A stretch of DNA of 56,192 bases from Candidatus Micrarchaeota archaeon (GCA_021797995.1 JAJZYR010000004.1:1-56192), one strand, 5' to 3'; shown: positions 8,489-18,133, numbered from the stretch's first letter. Numbers and translations: made by a program. Notes: a model not told the origin generated them from the sequence alone.

Positions 8489-9385
8489 TCATTGCTCCTT
8501 CTTCCCGGCTCCGTCAGGCGCCGCAGGCGCCTCATCCCCGCCGTCCTTTGCTGCTGCAGGTTTGATGTGCCTGTTCGCCTCAAGCGCCTCCATGACCGCC
8601 TTTGCAAGCAGCTTCTCCACAATCTCGGGTTCGTATATATTCCTGTCTACTCCGAGCCCGATTGCTGAGATATATGCCTTCCTTATCATCGCTGCTACGT
8701 TGTACGGTGTTACGAATCCTATTGCAGTGCTGAGCGCATCGGCCTCGGCGAATATCCTGGCAATGCCCTCCTCTACGTACGCCCTGTCGACTCCAAGCGC
8801 CTCCTCGGTATAAAGGAGGCCGTTGTCGAGTGCGGCCCTCAGCTTTGTTCTTGCCTCAAACGGCGCTATGTCAAGCATCTTGAGGGCCTTTGAGACAGGA
8901 ACCGAGACCTTAGCCCCCTTTGCCACGATGACCTTGCCCTTCGAGATGACAACCTTGCCCTTCTGTATCTGCACGTCGATTCCAGCAGCCTTCAGGTCTG
9001 TAACAGCCTGCCCTGGCGCTATCGTCGTCTCCCCTGCCTCTACCCTTATGTCCTCAGGAGAGGTCTGGTGCGGCTTTGCAGGGAGCCTGATCCTATTCTC
9101 TGATATTATCCTGTTCAGCTCCGCAGGCTCTTTGTTGGTAAGTATAAGCGCTACATTTCCGCTGAGGTACGGCAGAAGCCTCTTCAGCGTCTCGTCTTCG
9201 GCGACAGCCCTGTCAAGGAGAGTTCTTCTGGCTACAACAAACTTGGCATCGGGCTTGAGCTGGTTCCTGACCTTCTGTACAAGCCTGTCAGGGGTGGCCC
9301 CGGTCTCAAGCACCGCCACCGTCCTGCAGGCCTTCAGCTGAGCCCTAAGCCCCTTCACGAATTCGATCTTTTCCTCCTTACGCAT
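8489..9385 (-). CDS. rpl10: 50S ribosomal protein L10 (P0)
   Basis: QKVRNQL, GNVALILTN, PAKP...PEDI.V.AG.T...PG, IQKGKV; synteny rpl1-rpl10-rpl12. Confidence 0.95.
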   Translation of the reverse strand: MRKEEKIEFVKGLRAQLKACRTVAVLETGATPDRLVQKVRNQLKPDAKFVVARRTLLDRAVAEDETLKRLLPYLSGNVALILTNKEPAELNRIISENRIRLPAKPHQTSPEDIRVEAGETTIAPGQAVTDLKAAGIDVQIQKGKVVISKGKVIVAKGAKVSVPVSKALKMLDIAPFEARTKLRAALDNGLLYTEEALGVDRAYVEEGIARIFAEADALSTAIGFVTPYNVAAMIRKAYISAIGLGVDRNIYEPEIVEKLLAKAVMEALEANRHIKPAAAKDGGDEAPAAPDGAGKKEQ

Positions 9386-9394
9386 AAATATTAC

Positions 9395-10027
9395 CTATAT
9401 GTACCTCATCGGATGGCTCATCGTGAGCTTCACGTACACCGACTTGATGTGGTTCGGCCCTATCCTCTTGTTCACTGCCCCGAGTACCTCCTGTATGTTT
9501 CCGTATATCTTCTCGGGCTCCATGTCCTCGTTACCAACTATGCAGTGAACCGTTGGAAGGTTCTTTCCCTTGCTCCTGATCACGATTCTCCTGTTGAGGT
9601 CGCTTACTATGCCCTCCATGTTTACGTTTCCGAGAAGTGGCTTCGGCATCTTGTTCCTCGGCCCGAGGAACTGACCCATGCTTTTCGCTATCACGGGCAT
9701 AAGGTTCGGCTGTGCGACAAGCTCGTACTGCAGCAGCGCAGTCATCCTCTGGCTGTCCGCCGCCGTGCTCTGTATCTCGGTATCCCTGATTATCTCAATC
9801 CCGTTCCTCTCCGCCTCGGCAATCATGTTCTTGTCCCCTGCAAAGATGCCGATCTTCCTGACCCTGCCCTTGCCGTTGGGGAGAAGGACCTCGAGGTTAA
9901 GCCTGTTGTCCTGCTTTGCAAGGTCAATGTTCTTGAAATTGATTGCAAGCTCCACGCTCTGCTTGAACTTCCTCTTGCCCCTGTTCTCGCCGAGAAACTT
10001 CGTAAGGCTCTCAAGATCCTGTGCCAT
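9395..10027 (-). CDS. rpl1: 50S ribosomal protein L1 (uL1)
   Basis: RKFKQSVELAINFKNID, LGPRNKMPKP, IKSVYVKLTM. Confidence 0.97.
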   Translation of the reverse strand: MAQDLESLTKFLGENRGKRKFKQSVELAINFKNIDLAKQDNRLNLEVLLPNGKGRVRKIGIFAGDKNMIAEAERNGIEIIRDTEIQSTAADSQRMTALLQYELVAQPNLMPVIAKSMGQFLGPRNKMPKPLLGNVNMEGIVSDLNRRIVIRSKGKNLPTVHCIVGNEDMEPEKIYGNIQEVLGAVNKRIGPNHIKSVYVKLTMSHPMRYI

Positions 10028-10124
10028 AAGCTCACTCCCTCCTGCAGATGCAGTGATGACGGGAAAATAAGTGATATAACTCTGTTAAGATAAATATAAA
10101 AGGCTTGCGCAGGCCAGTTATACC

Positions 10125-13100
10125 ATGCCAAAACTACCAGCCGTGGCAGGACTCCTTCTAATCCTTCTTCCAATTATCTTGCCAGCAGTTGCAAGCGCCG
10201 CCGGAGCAGGCCACCGCTTCTTCATCCATGCGACTGAGCTTGGCAGCGGAAGCGCTGTTGCAAGGCGGGCACTGGCGCTGCCCGCAAGCTCGACTCCTTC
10301 GGTAGTATGGGACGAGCAGATAGGGCAGACGCAGGCCGGCCAGTCCTTTGACGCTCTTGCCTATACTGTCAATGCTGTGCCACAGAACGACATATACGGC
10401 TACGGCATTGGATACCTGATAAACGGCCTTACGAACAACGGCTTCTGGTACCAGGTCGGATTGGCATGGAACTGGCCAAACCAGGGCGGCACGTATAATT
10501 CCGGATTCAATATGCTCTACGAGGTGTTCAATTCTGCAGGTGCATCTGTCTTCCCGACGAATGGAGGCGGCGGTCTGACCTCTTTCAACGGCCCTGTGAA
10601 CAAAGGCGACAGCATCAAGCTCACGCTCAGCTTCTCCGGCGGCAACGTAGTGATGTCGGCAAATGACCTCACTACCGGCTCTTATGCAACCATCTCATAC
10701 CCGGCCAGCGGAAACTACTTCATCGGTGCACCTTACAACAACGCCGAATATGCAAGCAATGGCAACGGCTTCTTCACCGGGCCCATGAGCGAGCAGTACC
10801 ATGTGAACGTGTACTATGGCACAGAGCGGAAGGAGGACTACCAAAACGACGGCTTCAATTCAGTGTCCGGGACAATGTGGGCAGACGAATGGAATCCTGG
10901 CATTTCCCCGAGCAACGTGATCTTCTCCGCCTCCTCAAGCACTTTCACCTACAACAATATGTACAATTATTTCTATACCAACGGCATTGTTGAGTCGTCA
11001 AATATTGTGTCCGACATAACCGGCAGCCTGCCACTGCCTCCTCCTATAATCAGCGGGCAGCACCTCGGTATCAACCAGCAGTTTACGGTAACGGCTAATG
11101 CGACAGGCGGCATTGAGCCGTACACGTACAACTATGTCATAGCGAATAGCATAAGCAACACGATCGCCTTCACGGAGTCGTTCAACGGGGTCTCATCAAC
11201 AACTAATGTGTTGTCTCTGAACAGCAACCAGCTGGGCCAGGGTTCGTATTATGCAAATATCATCGTTACAGACAGTGAGAGTCCTCCTGCAAACATGGTC
11301 TCGCTCAATTCGGAGCAATTCACGGTAAATGCACTGCCGAGCAACCCGACAATAGCGCCGAACGGAAATGCTGTTGACTTAGGGCAGCAAATCACGTTTA
11401 CCGCAGGCGTCGAAGGAGGCTCTCCTCCATTCACCTACAACTTCCTCGTATTCAACTCGGTGTCCAACGCAATAATCGCAAACTCCCTGCAGCCTGGAGT
11501 CTACTCGCAGAATGCCGTGTTTGCCTTTACTCCGAATTCAGTGCTGGTAGGCAGCACCATAGCGGCAAATGTGGCAATAACCGACAGCGCCTCGCCGCAG
11601 ATAACGGTAAACTCCCCGGAAAGCGCCACCGCAAACGTAAATGCCGGGCTCGGTATTCCCACCATAATTGCAAGCAATGCGGTATTGGACCAGGGGCAGG
11701 ACCAGACGTTCACTGCAAACATCCCGGCGGCGGAGGGAGGTACGCCCCCATACATATACAATGTTGTAGTGTATAACAGCATCAGCGGCAATGCGGTATC
11801 AAGCGACCAGATTGCGTCAGCTTCGGATTCAAATGTCATATCATTTATACAGGGGGCCGCAGGCAACTTCATGGCTAATGTCATGATAACCGACAGCGCC
11901 TCGCAGCCTGAAACCACCAATTCGGCCCCTACCGCAAACTTTATTGTGAATCCGGAACTTTCGGTAAGTACCCCTGGTGCAAGCAATGCGTTCATCTACA
12001 CGGGCCAGAATACCGTGCTGGGCGTGGGCGTTCCTACAACAGGCACGCCTCCATATCTGTATAAGTGGTTCGACCTGCTTCCTGGGGCTGCACAGTACAA
12101 CAGCATAACCTCGTTCAACTCCATATCAGACTACACATTTGCAACCAACTCGTTGACTCCTCTCGGCAGATATAAATTCAGGCTCCAGGTAGAAGACAAC
12201 TCAAACGGCATCGTAAACTCTACATATAACACCCTCGTCGTGAACTTTAACGGCATGCTGACCGTGTCAAGCAGTTCGCCTAATACGATCAACTACAACA
12301 ACGGCGAAGCCATGGTGGAAATAGAGACAAACTCGATAAGCGCCATAACTGCAAACGTGCTTGTTGCAAATATAACCGGAAGGGTTGCTGCTGCGCTGGC
12401 CAATAACGACTCGCTCTCTGTATTCAATGTGAGCTTTGCGGAATCCGGGGGGACTGGCGCAAGCCTGGATGCAAATGTGGTGCTCTTATATCCATGCGGT
12501 GACAATTCGAGCCTGGTGGCCCCTTACAGATATACCGGCGGTTCATGGGAGAAGATAACCCCCTTCACGGTAAACAGCATCGCCTGCACGCTGGCCTTTG
12601 AGATATACAACGACCCAATCATAGGAACATTTGTATCAGTGCCCATTCCCCCGCCGACAACTACTGTTAGCAGCTCCGGGGGCGGCGGAGGCGGCGGTGG
12701 AGGCGGAGGAGGCGGCGGGGCAGCCGGTGGCGGAGGGCAATTCCTGCCTACTGTCATAAAGATAAAAGATGGCTATAAAATATTTAACCTAACAGAGTAC
12801 GATTCCGAGTCGCTGCTCTTCGGGAAGCAGGCTTTCAAAATTACCGAGAACTTCATAACCCCGACAAGCGCCGGCATAACGTTTGGAAACAGGACATACC
12901 TACTCTATCAGCCAGGCGGGGAGACCACAGCGTACGGTCCAAACCTGACGTTTAACATCACGCTCCTGAACATAAGCTACCTTCCGATAATACATACAGT
13001 TGCAATAGGGGTAACGGCCGTCGGGAGCGCAGCCATCGCAAATCGCAGCAGAAACCAGACTGCTGCCCAAAACGTTATGGTGGTATCGAACACGTCAGGG

Positions 13101-13679
13101 CTGAAGAGGTCAATATACTTCGTAAAGGACCTTCCATCGAAGATATTCATGTACGGAAACAGCATCGTACTTACGCTGGTATCAGGTTCAAACCAGAGTG
13201 CTGGCATCGCTGTATCAAATCTTACAGGAAAGCTCCCTCCGCCGCCGGGATATTCCGATGAGATATCCATATTCAACCTTAGTGTATCATCAAACGGCAT
13301 AAGCTCAAACGCATCTGTGGCATATCCGTGCAGCATTCCGTCAAATTCAGTCTCAGCGTTTATCGAGGCGAATGGCAGCTGGCAGAAGCTCGCGTATGTG
13401 TTAAACGCATCAGCATGCACCATAAGCTTTCCGATTCCTGCAGACCCTGTGATTGGCATATTCTCATCGTACTTCACTCCTCCTCCAGGAAACCTGCCAA
13501 AGACAACAAGGACAAGCTCCGCTACCACGACAGTAGAGCCGGCCCCGCCGCCAAATTCCGGCTATAACTACACATACGTTATGGCATTCGTTCTGGTCCT
13601 AATGGTCATCGGAGTAGCATATGCCCTGATTAGGCAGTATGTCAGGGAGGAGCAGAGGAAGGCAGACCGGAAGGGATGA
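10125..13679 (+). CDS. Large membrane-anchored surface protein: signal peptide, thermopsin-like N-terminal domain, Ig/PKD-like repeats, poly-Gly linker, duplicated Cys domain, C-terminal TM
   Basis: Hydrophobic signal; YLINGLTNNGFWYQVGLAWNWP; repeated GG(T/S)PP(Y/F).YN units about 100 aa apart; many N-x-S/T sequons; YVMAFVLVLMVIGVAYALI plus basic tail. The thermopsin assignment is from memory of the motif only. Confidence 0.7.
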   Translation: MPKLPAVAGLLLILLPIILPAVASAAGAGHRFFIHATELGSGSAVARRALALPASSTPSVVWDEQIGQTQAGQSFDALAYTVNAVPQNDIYGYGIGYLINGLTNNGFWYQVGLAWNWPNQGGTYNSGFNMLYEVFNSAGASVFPTNGGGGLTSFNGPVNKGDSIKLTLSFSGGNVVMSANDLTTGSYATISYPASGNYFIGAPYNNAEYASNGNGFFTGPMSEQYHVNVYYGTERKEDYQNDGFNSVSGTMWADEWNPGISPSNVIFSASSSTFTYNNMYNYFYTNGIVESSNIVSDITGSLPLPPPIISGQHLGINQQFTVTANATGGIEPYTYNYVIANSISNTIAFTESFNGVSSTTNVLSLNSNQLGQGSYYANIIVTDSESPPANMVSLNSEQFTVNALPSNPTIAPNGNAVDLGQQITFTAGVEGGSPPFTYNFLVFNSVSNAIIANSLQPGVYSQNAVFAFTPNSVLVGSTIAANVAITDSASPQITVNSPESATANVNAGLGIPTIIASNAVLDQGQDQTFTANIPAAEGGTPPYIYNVVVYNSISGNAVSSDQIASASDSNVISFIQGAAGNFMANVMITDSASQPETTNSAPTANFIVNPELSVSTPGASNAFIYTGQNTVLGVGVPTTGTPPYLYKWFDLLPGAAQYNSITSFNSISDYTFATNSLTPLGRYKFRLQVEDNSNGIVNSTYNTLVVNFNGMLTVSSSSPNTINYNNGEAMVEIETNSISAITANVLVANITGRVAAALANNDSLSVFNVSFAESGGTGASLDANVVLLYPCGDNSSLVAPYRYTGGSWEKITPFTVNSIACTLAFEIYNDPIIGTFVSVPIPPPTTTVSSSGGGGGGGGGGGGGGAAGGGGQFLPTVIKIKDGYKIFNLTEYDSESLLFGKQAFKITENFITPTSAGITFGNRTYLLYQPGGETTAYGPNLTFNITLLNISYLPIIHTVAIGVTAVGSAAIANRSRNQTAAQNVMVVSNTSGLKRSIYFVKDLPSKIFMYGNSIVLTLVSGSNQSAGIAVSNLTGKLPPPPGYSDEISIFNLSVSSNGISSNASVAYPCSIPSNSVSAFIEANGSWQKLAYVLNASACTISFPIPADPVIGIFSSYFTPPPGNLPKTTRTSSATTTVEPAPPPNSGYNYTYVMAFVLVLMVIGVAYALIRQYVREEQRKADRKG

Positions 13680-13701
13680 TGCTCCTGGCAGCAGCTTCGA
13701 T

Positions 13702-14928
13702 CTACGCAGGCCGGATTGCAAGGAAGCTGTAGTCCCTCGATCTGATATACCGCTTGCAATATCTCTTTATGTCGCCTGTGCTGACCTTTCCTATCTCGCC
13801 CGGGAGGCGCCACGCAAAGTCCCACTCACCGGTTATAAGCGCATACGATGCTATCGAATTTGCCATGTCGAGCGTGTTCTCCCTGGCAACTCTGTATTGT
13901 ATCATTAGAGCCGCCTTCGCCTTCTTTACCTCAGCATCAGTTGTCTCCCCTCGCTCAAGCTTGCGCATCTCACCGATCATTATTCTCTTTACCGTGCCTA
14001 TGTCCCTGGGCTCCACCCCAGCCTGCGCTCCGATGAAGCTAAGGGTGCTGAAAGGGTAATAGCTTGCCGAAGGATCGTATGACAATCCCCGTTTTTCGCG
14101 TATCTCATCAAAAAGCCTGTACGAGAGGAGCTTGCTTATGACGAGCATTGAGGCAAGTTCCCTGGCAGAAGACCTGGCATACGGCTTGCACTTGAAGCCG
14201 ACTCCTATCCTTGCCTGCTTCAGGCTCTCCCTCCTGATGGTACGCTCGCAGAGTACCTGCCGCTCTTCGGCAATAAGCCTTCTCTTACTAACGAGATCCT
14301 TCTTAAAGCCTCTGAAACATCTTGCTGCAACGAGTTTTGCACTCTTAAGGCTGACGTTGCCGTATATGGCAACGACCATGTTTGCCGGAGCATAACTCTC
14401 CGTGTAAATCTTGAGAAGGTCGGCGCGCGTTACTCTCTCTATGCTCTTTCTTGAGCCGCCTACCGGCCTTGATGCCGGATGCCTTTTATAAAGTACCCTC
14501 CCAAAATTGTCATAGAAGAAGAACCGTGAATTATCCTGGTGCATCAGATTCTCGTTTATGACCGGTCCCATCTCGAGCCTGCATTCCCTCTCCGGGAGCG
14601 TCGAGTTCTTTATCATGTCTGAGAGAAGGTCCATCATTCGCCCGAAATAGCCGGAATAGCCCTGCATCAGATAGATCGTAGTCTCATATGTCGTGGTGGC
14701 ATTGATATAACCAAGGCTCCTGCCGCTATTGGTAATCTCAAGGACGCTCCTTTTCTTCGTGCCCTTGAAGAGCATATGCTCCAGATAGTGTGCAGCCCCG
14801 CCAATCCTCCCCGGGTCGTCTATCGAGCCGTAGTTCACTCCAACAGCTATCCCGACGCTCTCTAGCTGTGGCCTGGGATAGATGATGACGCGCAGGCCGT
14901 TGCCCAGCGTCAGCGCCTCGGATTTCAT
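13702..14928 (-). CDS. M16 family (pitrilysin-like) zinc peptidase
   Basis: LGNGLRV, GAAHYLEHMLFKGT (inverted HxxEH), RLFDEIREKRGLSY. Confidence 0.93.
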   Translation of the reverse strand: MKSEALTLGNGLRVIIYPRPQLESVGIAVGVNYGSIDDPGRIGGAAHYLEHMLFKGTKKRSVLEITNSGRSLGYINATTTYETTIYLMQGYSGYFGRMMDLLSDMIKNSTLPERECRLEMGPVINENLMHQDNSRFFFYDNFGRVLYKRHPASRPVGGSRKSIERVTRADLLKIYTESYAPANMVVAIYGNVSLKSAKLVAARCFRGFKKDLVSKRRLIAEERQVLCERTIRRESLKQARIGVGFKCKPYARSSARELASMLVISKLLSYRLFDEIREKRGLSYDPSASYYPFSTLSFIGAQAGVEPRDIGTVKRIMIGEMRKLERGETTDAEVKKAKAALMIQYRVARENTLDMANSIASYALITGEWDFAWRLPGEIGKVSTGDIKRYCKRYIRSRDYSFLAIRPA

Positions 14929-14931
14929 AGG

Positions 14932-15360
14932 TCACATCTCAGCAGCCGCATGCTCTAGATAGAGCCTGCAGCACAAGGAACCTTTTGACTCTGCTTCCTT
15001 AAGATCCTTTGCTGTGCCCCACATGAGCCGCATGTACTGGGTCACGCCAGGTGCCTTCTGCGGCACAGCCGGGATGCCATTGGTTATGACAGCCTCGAAC
15101 AGCTTCTGCTCCAGTATATAATCGTCTCTTTCAGTCTGGCCCTCTGCAATTAGCATGACGGCCCTGCCCTCGACACCTAGCTTCTCCTTCAGCGCCCTCC
15201 TTACGGCGTCTTCAGGAGACTCGCCTTCCCTAACCATGCCCGCAGGGAGCCCCCATACGTGCGGCAGCTCCCTGTCATTATCAGGCCTCAATACTACCAG
15301 GAACTGAGATCTGTCCCTGCTATAGACCACAAGCGAGATAGAGTTCCTCACGGGTTTCAT
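14932..15360 (-). CDS. NUDIX hydrolase
   Basis: WGLPAGMVREGESPEDAVRRALKEKLG degenerate Nudix box; start set to ATG 15360. Confidence 0.82.
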   Translation of the reverse strand: MKPVRNSISLVVYSRDRSQFLVVLRPDNDRELPHVWGLPAGMVREGESPEDAVRRALKEKLGVEGRAVMLIAEGQTERDDYILEQKLFEAVITNGIPAVPQKAPGVTQYMRLMWGTAKDLKEAESKGSLCCRLYLEHAAAEM

Positions 15361-16031
15361 CAGCGCACCTTGGTATGCATGATTGCTGTCTGTCCTCTTT
15401 CGCTTCTTCCCATGCCTGCATCCTCCTCTGCCGACATTGTTTGCCATGGCTTCATCTGCTTCCAGTGCAGTTCTCTGTACACGTGCTTCCTTACCTTGTC
15501 GTAGATGTGCCGCAGCTCCGGGGCATGTATCCCGTTGCCGCCAGAGGAGAGGAACTCCCTCACCATCGCCGGCTTCATCCTGCTGGAATACTGCATGAGC
15601 TGGACCACATAGTCAAGTTTGTCCACTTCGTGCACGAACCTCGCTTCGACGGTTCTGCACCGTATGAACTCCCTGAGAAGGGACCTTAACTCACCGCCGC
15701 TGCTGCCAAGGCGGGACAGCACTCTCGTGGTGTCCCTGACTTCGAGCCTGTCCTTGCGCTTTGAGCTTACCCCATTCCTCGATGGGATATCGCCAGTGAT
15801 CGCCTCGTGGATGTCATGGAGCAGGGCCATCTTAAGGCATTTGTCTGCGTCAAGCCCAGCATTCTTTGCAAGCAGGTAAGAGAGCACGGCGGTGCTGAAC
15901 ATGTGGTCGCCAACGTGTTCAGGGTGCTTTACTCCGGAGAGCACCCATCCGGTCCTATTTATCCCCTTGACCTTCGCAACCTCGACCATAAAGCCCGTTA
16001 TCCTATCAAGCGCCTTCTTATCCATCAGCAT
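15360..16031 (-). CDS. HD-domain 5'-deoxynucleotidase (YfbR/HDDC2-like)
   Basis: K...RTGW, PEHVGDHMF, MALLHDIHEAITGD, EA.FV.EVDKLD. Confidence 0.9.
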   Translation of the reverse strand: MLMDKKALDRITGFMVEVAKVKGINRTGWVLSGVKHPEHVGDHMFSTAVLSYLLAKNAGLDADKCLKMALLHDIHEAITGDIPSRNGVSSKRKDRLEVRDTTRVLSRLGSSGGELRSLLREFIRCRTVEARFVHEVDKLDYVVQLMQYSSRMKPAMVREFLSSGGNGIHAPELRHIYDKVRKHVYRELHWKQMKPWQTMSAEEDAGMGRSERGQTAIMHTKVR

Positions 16032-16200
16032 CAGCTCCCTTTTACGCCGGTTAACGGCCTGAAGCTTTACAGTATAAATATCAGATGCAAGGTAATAAAA
16101 ATGGGACGGGGCAGTGAAGGCCTATGCGCTATGCCACAGAGCTTCTGCTGCACGGATGTTCAAAGTGACAAGTCTCATCGCATCAACTGGCGTGTTTAGC

Positions 16201-16542
16201 CTATTCTGGCTTGGCCGGATACCTCTTGACATTCTCCCTCATCTTCTGCATGAACGCCTCCGACATATCTACACCGCACGTCTGCGCAAGGCCGAAGAGG
16301 TTCAGCGCCACATCAGAGATCTCATCCCTCAGGCTCTTCGAGAACTCCGGGTCCTTGAGGAGCTCCTTCACTTCCTCCTCCGATCTGAACCTGAAGATTT
16401 CAAGCAGCTCAGCCGACTCTATCGCCGTGCTTATTGCAAGGTCCTTGGGGCCGTGGTGCCATCCTCTGTCCTTGTAGAACCTTGCCGCCTCGGTCTTCAT
16501 CTGTCCAATCGTGGTTTCGTCGTCCATCAGATCATTCCTCAA
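16201..16542 (-). CDS. MazG-like nucleotide pyrophosphohydrolase (dCTP pyrophosphatase type)
   Basis: RGW.H.PKDLAIS..IESAELLEIF...DEISDV...KM.EN..RYP. Confidence 0.9.
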   Translation of the reverse strand: MRNDLMDDETTIGQMKTEAARFYKDRGWHHGPKDLAISTAIESAELLEIFRFRSEEEVKELLKDPEFSKSLRDEISDVALNLFGLAQTCGVDMSEAFMQKMRENVKRYPAKPE

Positions 16543-16578
16543 TATGTTAACCGCAGGATTCTTTATAACCGTGATGGG

Positions 16579-16957
16579 CTACGACTTTCTTAGTCTGGTG
16601 GTGCCTCCTACAACCGTTCCGTCATGCAGCCTCCAGTTCAGTATGTTCTCGAGCTCCTTCACATCGACCCCCACGAAGTATATGCGTATGCCTGACCTCC
16701 GTGCTATTCTGCACGCCTCTATGTCGAACACGAAGTTGGATCCAGGTTTCCTGTCATCCGATCTTGCAGCTATCCTGGCCATCCTTCCGTACGAAATCGA
16801 CTTGAGCCTGCGCACCCCTTTTATCGACGGGTGCCGGTCATAGATGTGGCTGCTCGAGCTTATGTTCATGAGGGTCCTGCTGCCTATGGCCTCCGCGGCT
16901 ATGGTGTACACCGCATCGGTCGTTATGCCTTCGAAAATGCCTCCTCCCCATCAGCTG
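16579..16957 (-). pseudogene. pyrH: C-terminal half of archaeal uridylate kinase, frameshifted, N-terminal half absent
   Basis: GGIFEGITTDAVYTIAAE...IYDRHP...KPGSNFVFDIEAC.IA.RS.I...GTVV matches the archaeal UMPK C-terminal half. Preceding LMG is in another frame (shift near 16945). Confidence 0.7.
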
Positions 16958-17058
16958 CACGTCGCATGTTATGCGCTGTGTCCTGTTTTACCATTGTCCG
17001 CAAATATTCATATACATTTGCCCGATTTTGTGGCACGAGTGCTACACAAATAGTAGAA

Positions 17059-17142
17059 CGCTGGGTACGAGAATCGAACTCGTGAAAGGCTTGCGCCTAA
17101 ACAGGTTAGCAACCTGCCGCCCTACCACTAGGCGAACCCAGC
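17059..17142 (-). tRNA. tRNA-Ser(GCT)
   Basis: GCTGGGT/ACCCAGC acceptor stem, G discriminator, loop TT-GCT-AA, long variable arm, T arm ACGAG-TTCGATT-CTCGT. Confidence 0.92.
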
Positions 17143-17151
17143 ATGGATCGT

Positions 17152-17443
17152 GCAGCAGAAGCCGGCATTGCATAGTGAACGCATACAAGGTTTCCACGCC
17201 TCTACTCAGCCCTGTATTTCCAAAGCATAGGCCTCTGTACGCAGGGGTGCGCGGGCACCACTGCTTTATACTTAGGGTTGCTCCTTCCGGCCTGGCCCGG
17301 TTCATATAAAGAACTACCACTGGAGGCAGGACCTCAACGCTTTGGCGTAGATCTCATATACGATGCATTACACTCTGTCAGCATTGGCCCGCCTGAGGGG
17401 GTTTGCGGCGAGGGAAACCCCTAGCTTCCCGCCTATCTGCTGC
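17152..17443 (-). ncRNA. ffs: Archaeal signal recognition particle (7S) RNA
   Basis: Helix-8 signature GAACCGGGCCAGGCCGGAAGGAGCAACCCTAAG (reverse complement of 17271-17303); closing helix GCAGCAGA/TCTGCTGC; 292 nt. Confidence 0.9.
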
Positions 17444-17460
17444 GTTATACATAAGCAGTT

Positions 17461-17475
17461 AAGTATTTAAAAAGC
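17461..17475 (-). promoter_or_regulatory. TATA box for the SRP RNA/tRNA-Ser unit
   Basis: TTTAAATA on the minus strand about 20-28 nt upstream of the predicted SRP 5' end. Confidence 0.55.
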
Positions 17476-17557
17476 TGTAGAGCGGGTAGTTTAGCGTGCA
17501 AGATCAGAATGTTGCCCTTACCTACTAGTTTATATCGATTAAGTCTGGAATACCGTT

Positions 17558-18115
17558 ATGAGACTTGAAACGGAGAGATTAATCTTGAGGGAGTGGAATA
17601 AAAATGACAGTAGTGACTCAGTTGAAGGACTGAATAATCTCGAGGTCTCGAGATGGTTGGCATTAATTCCGCATCCTTATACTAAGAAAGATGCGAAAAG
17701 TTGGATAAAGTACTGCAATGAGAACGCTAAGAAGGTTAAGGGCAGAACTTACCACTTTGCCGTATATCTTAAATCTGAAAAGAAGGTCATAGGTGGAATA
17801 AGCATAAATAAGATAGACAGGTTTAATGGGATAGGAAGTGGCGGATATTGGATCAATGCTAAATATCAGAAAAAGGGATATGGAACGGAGGCATTAGCCG
17901 CAGAATTAGACTTTGCATTCAGTAAATTGAGACTTCGTAGGATGGAAAGTGGATTCTTTAAGGGAAATCCATCCTCATTCAGATTACAAAAGAAATTTGG
18001 CTTCAAGATTGAAGGACTTAGGAGAAAAGGAGTCAAATGTAAGGCGGATGGGAAACTAAAGGATGAATATATTACTGCCTTGCTAAAAGAAGATTGGAAG
18101 AAAAAAGGATTCTAG
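17558..18115 (+). CDS. GNAT N-acetyltransferase, RimJ/RimL family
   Basis: LETERLILRE, GYWINAKYQKKGYGTEA, GNPSS.RL.KKFGFKIEG.RR; visibly AT-rich. Confidence 0.92.
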   Translation: MRLETERLILREWNKNDSSDSVEGLNNLEVSRWLALIPHPYTKKDAKSWIKYCNENAKKVKGRTYHFAVYLKSEKKVIGGISINKIDRFNGIGSGGYWINAKYQKKGYGTEALAAELDFAFSKLRLRRMESGFFKGNPSSFRLQKKFGFKIEGLRRKGVKCKADGKLKDEYITALLKEDWKKKGF

Positions 18116-18133
18116 ACTCTCAAAGCCGCAGGG

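Noticed and set aside
12678..12737. GGC-rich tract as a regulatory or G-quadruplex element
   Set aside because: Explained by an in-frame poly-Gly linker with mixed synonymous codons.
16945..16960. UGA recoding (selenocysteine or readthrough) extending the pyrH fragment
   Set aside because: The frame upstream of the TGA hits another stop within a few codons, and the homologous LMG lies in a different frame; a frameshift explains it better.
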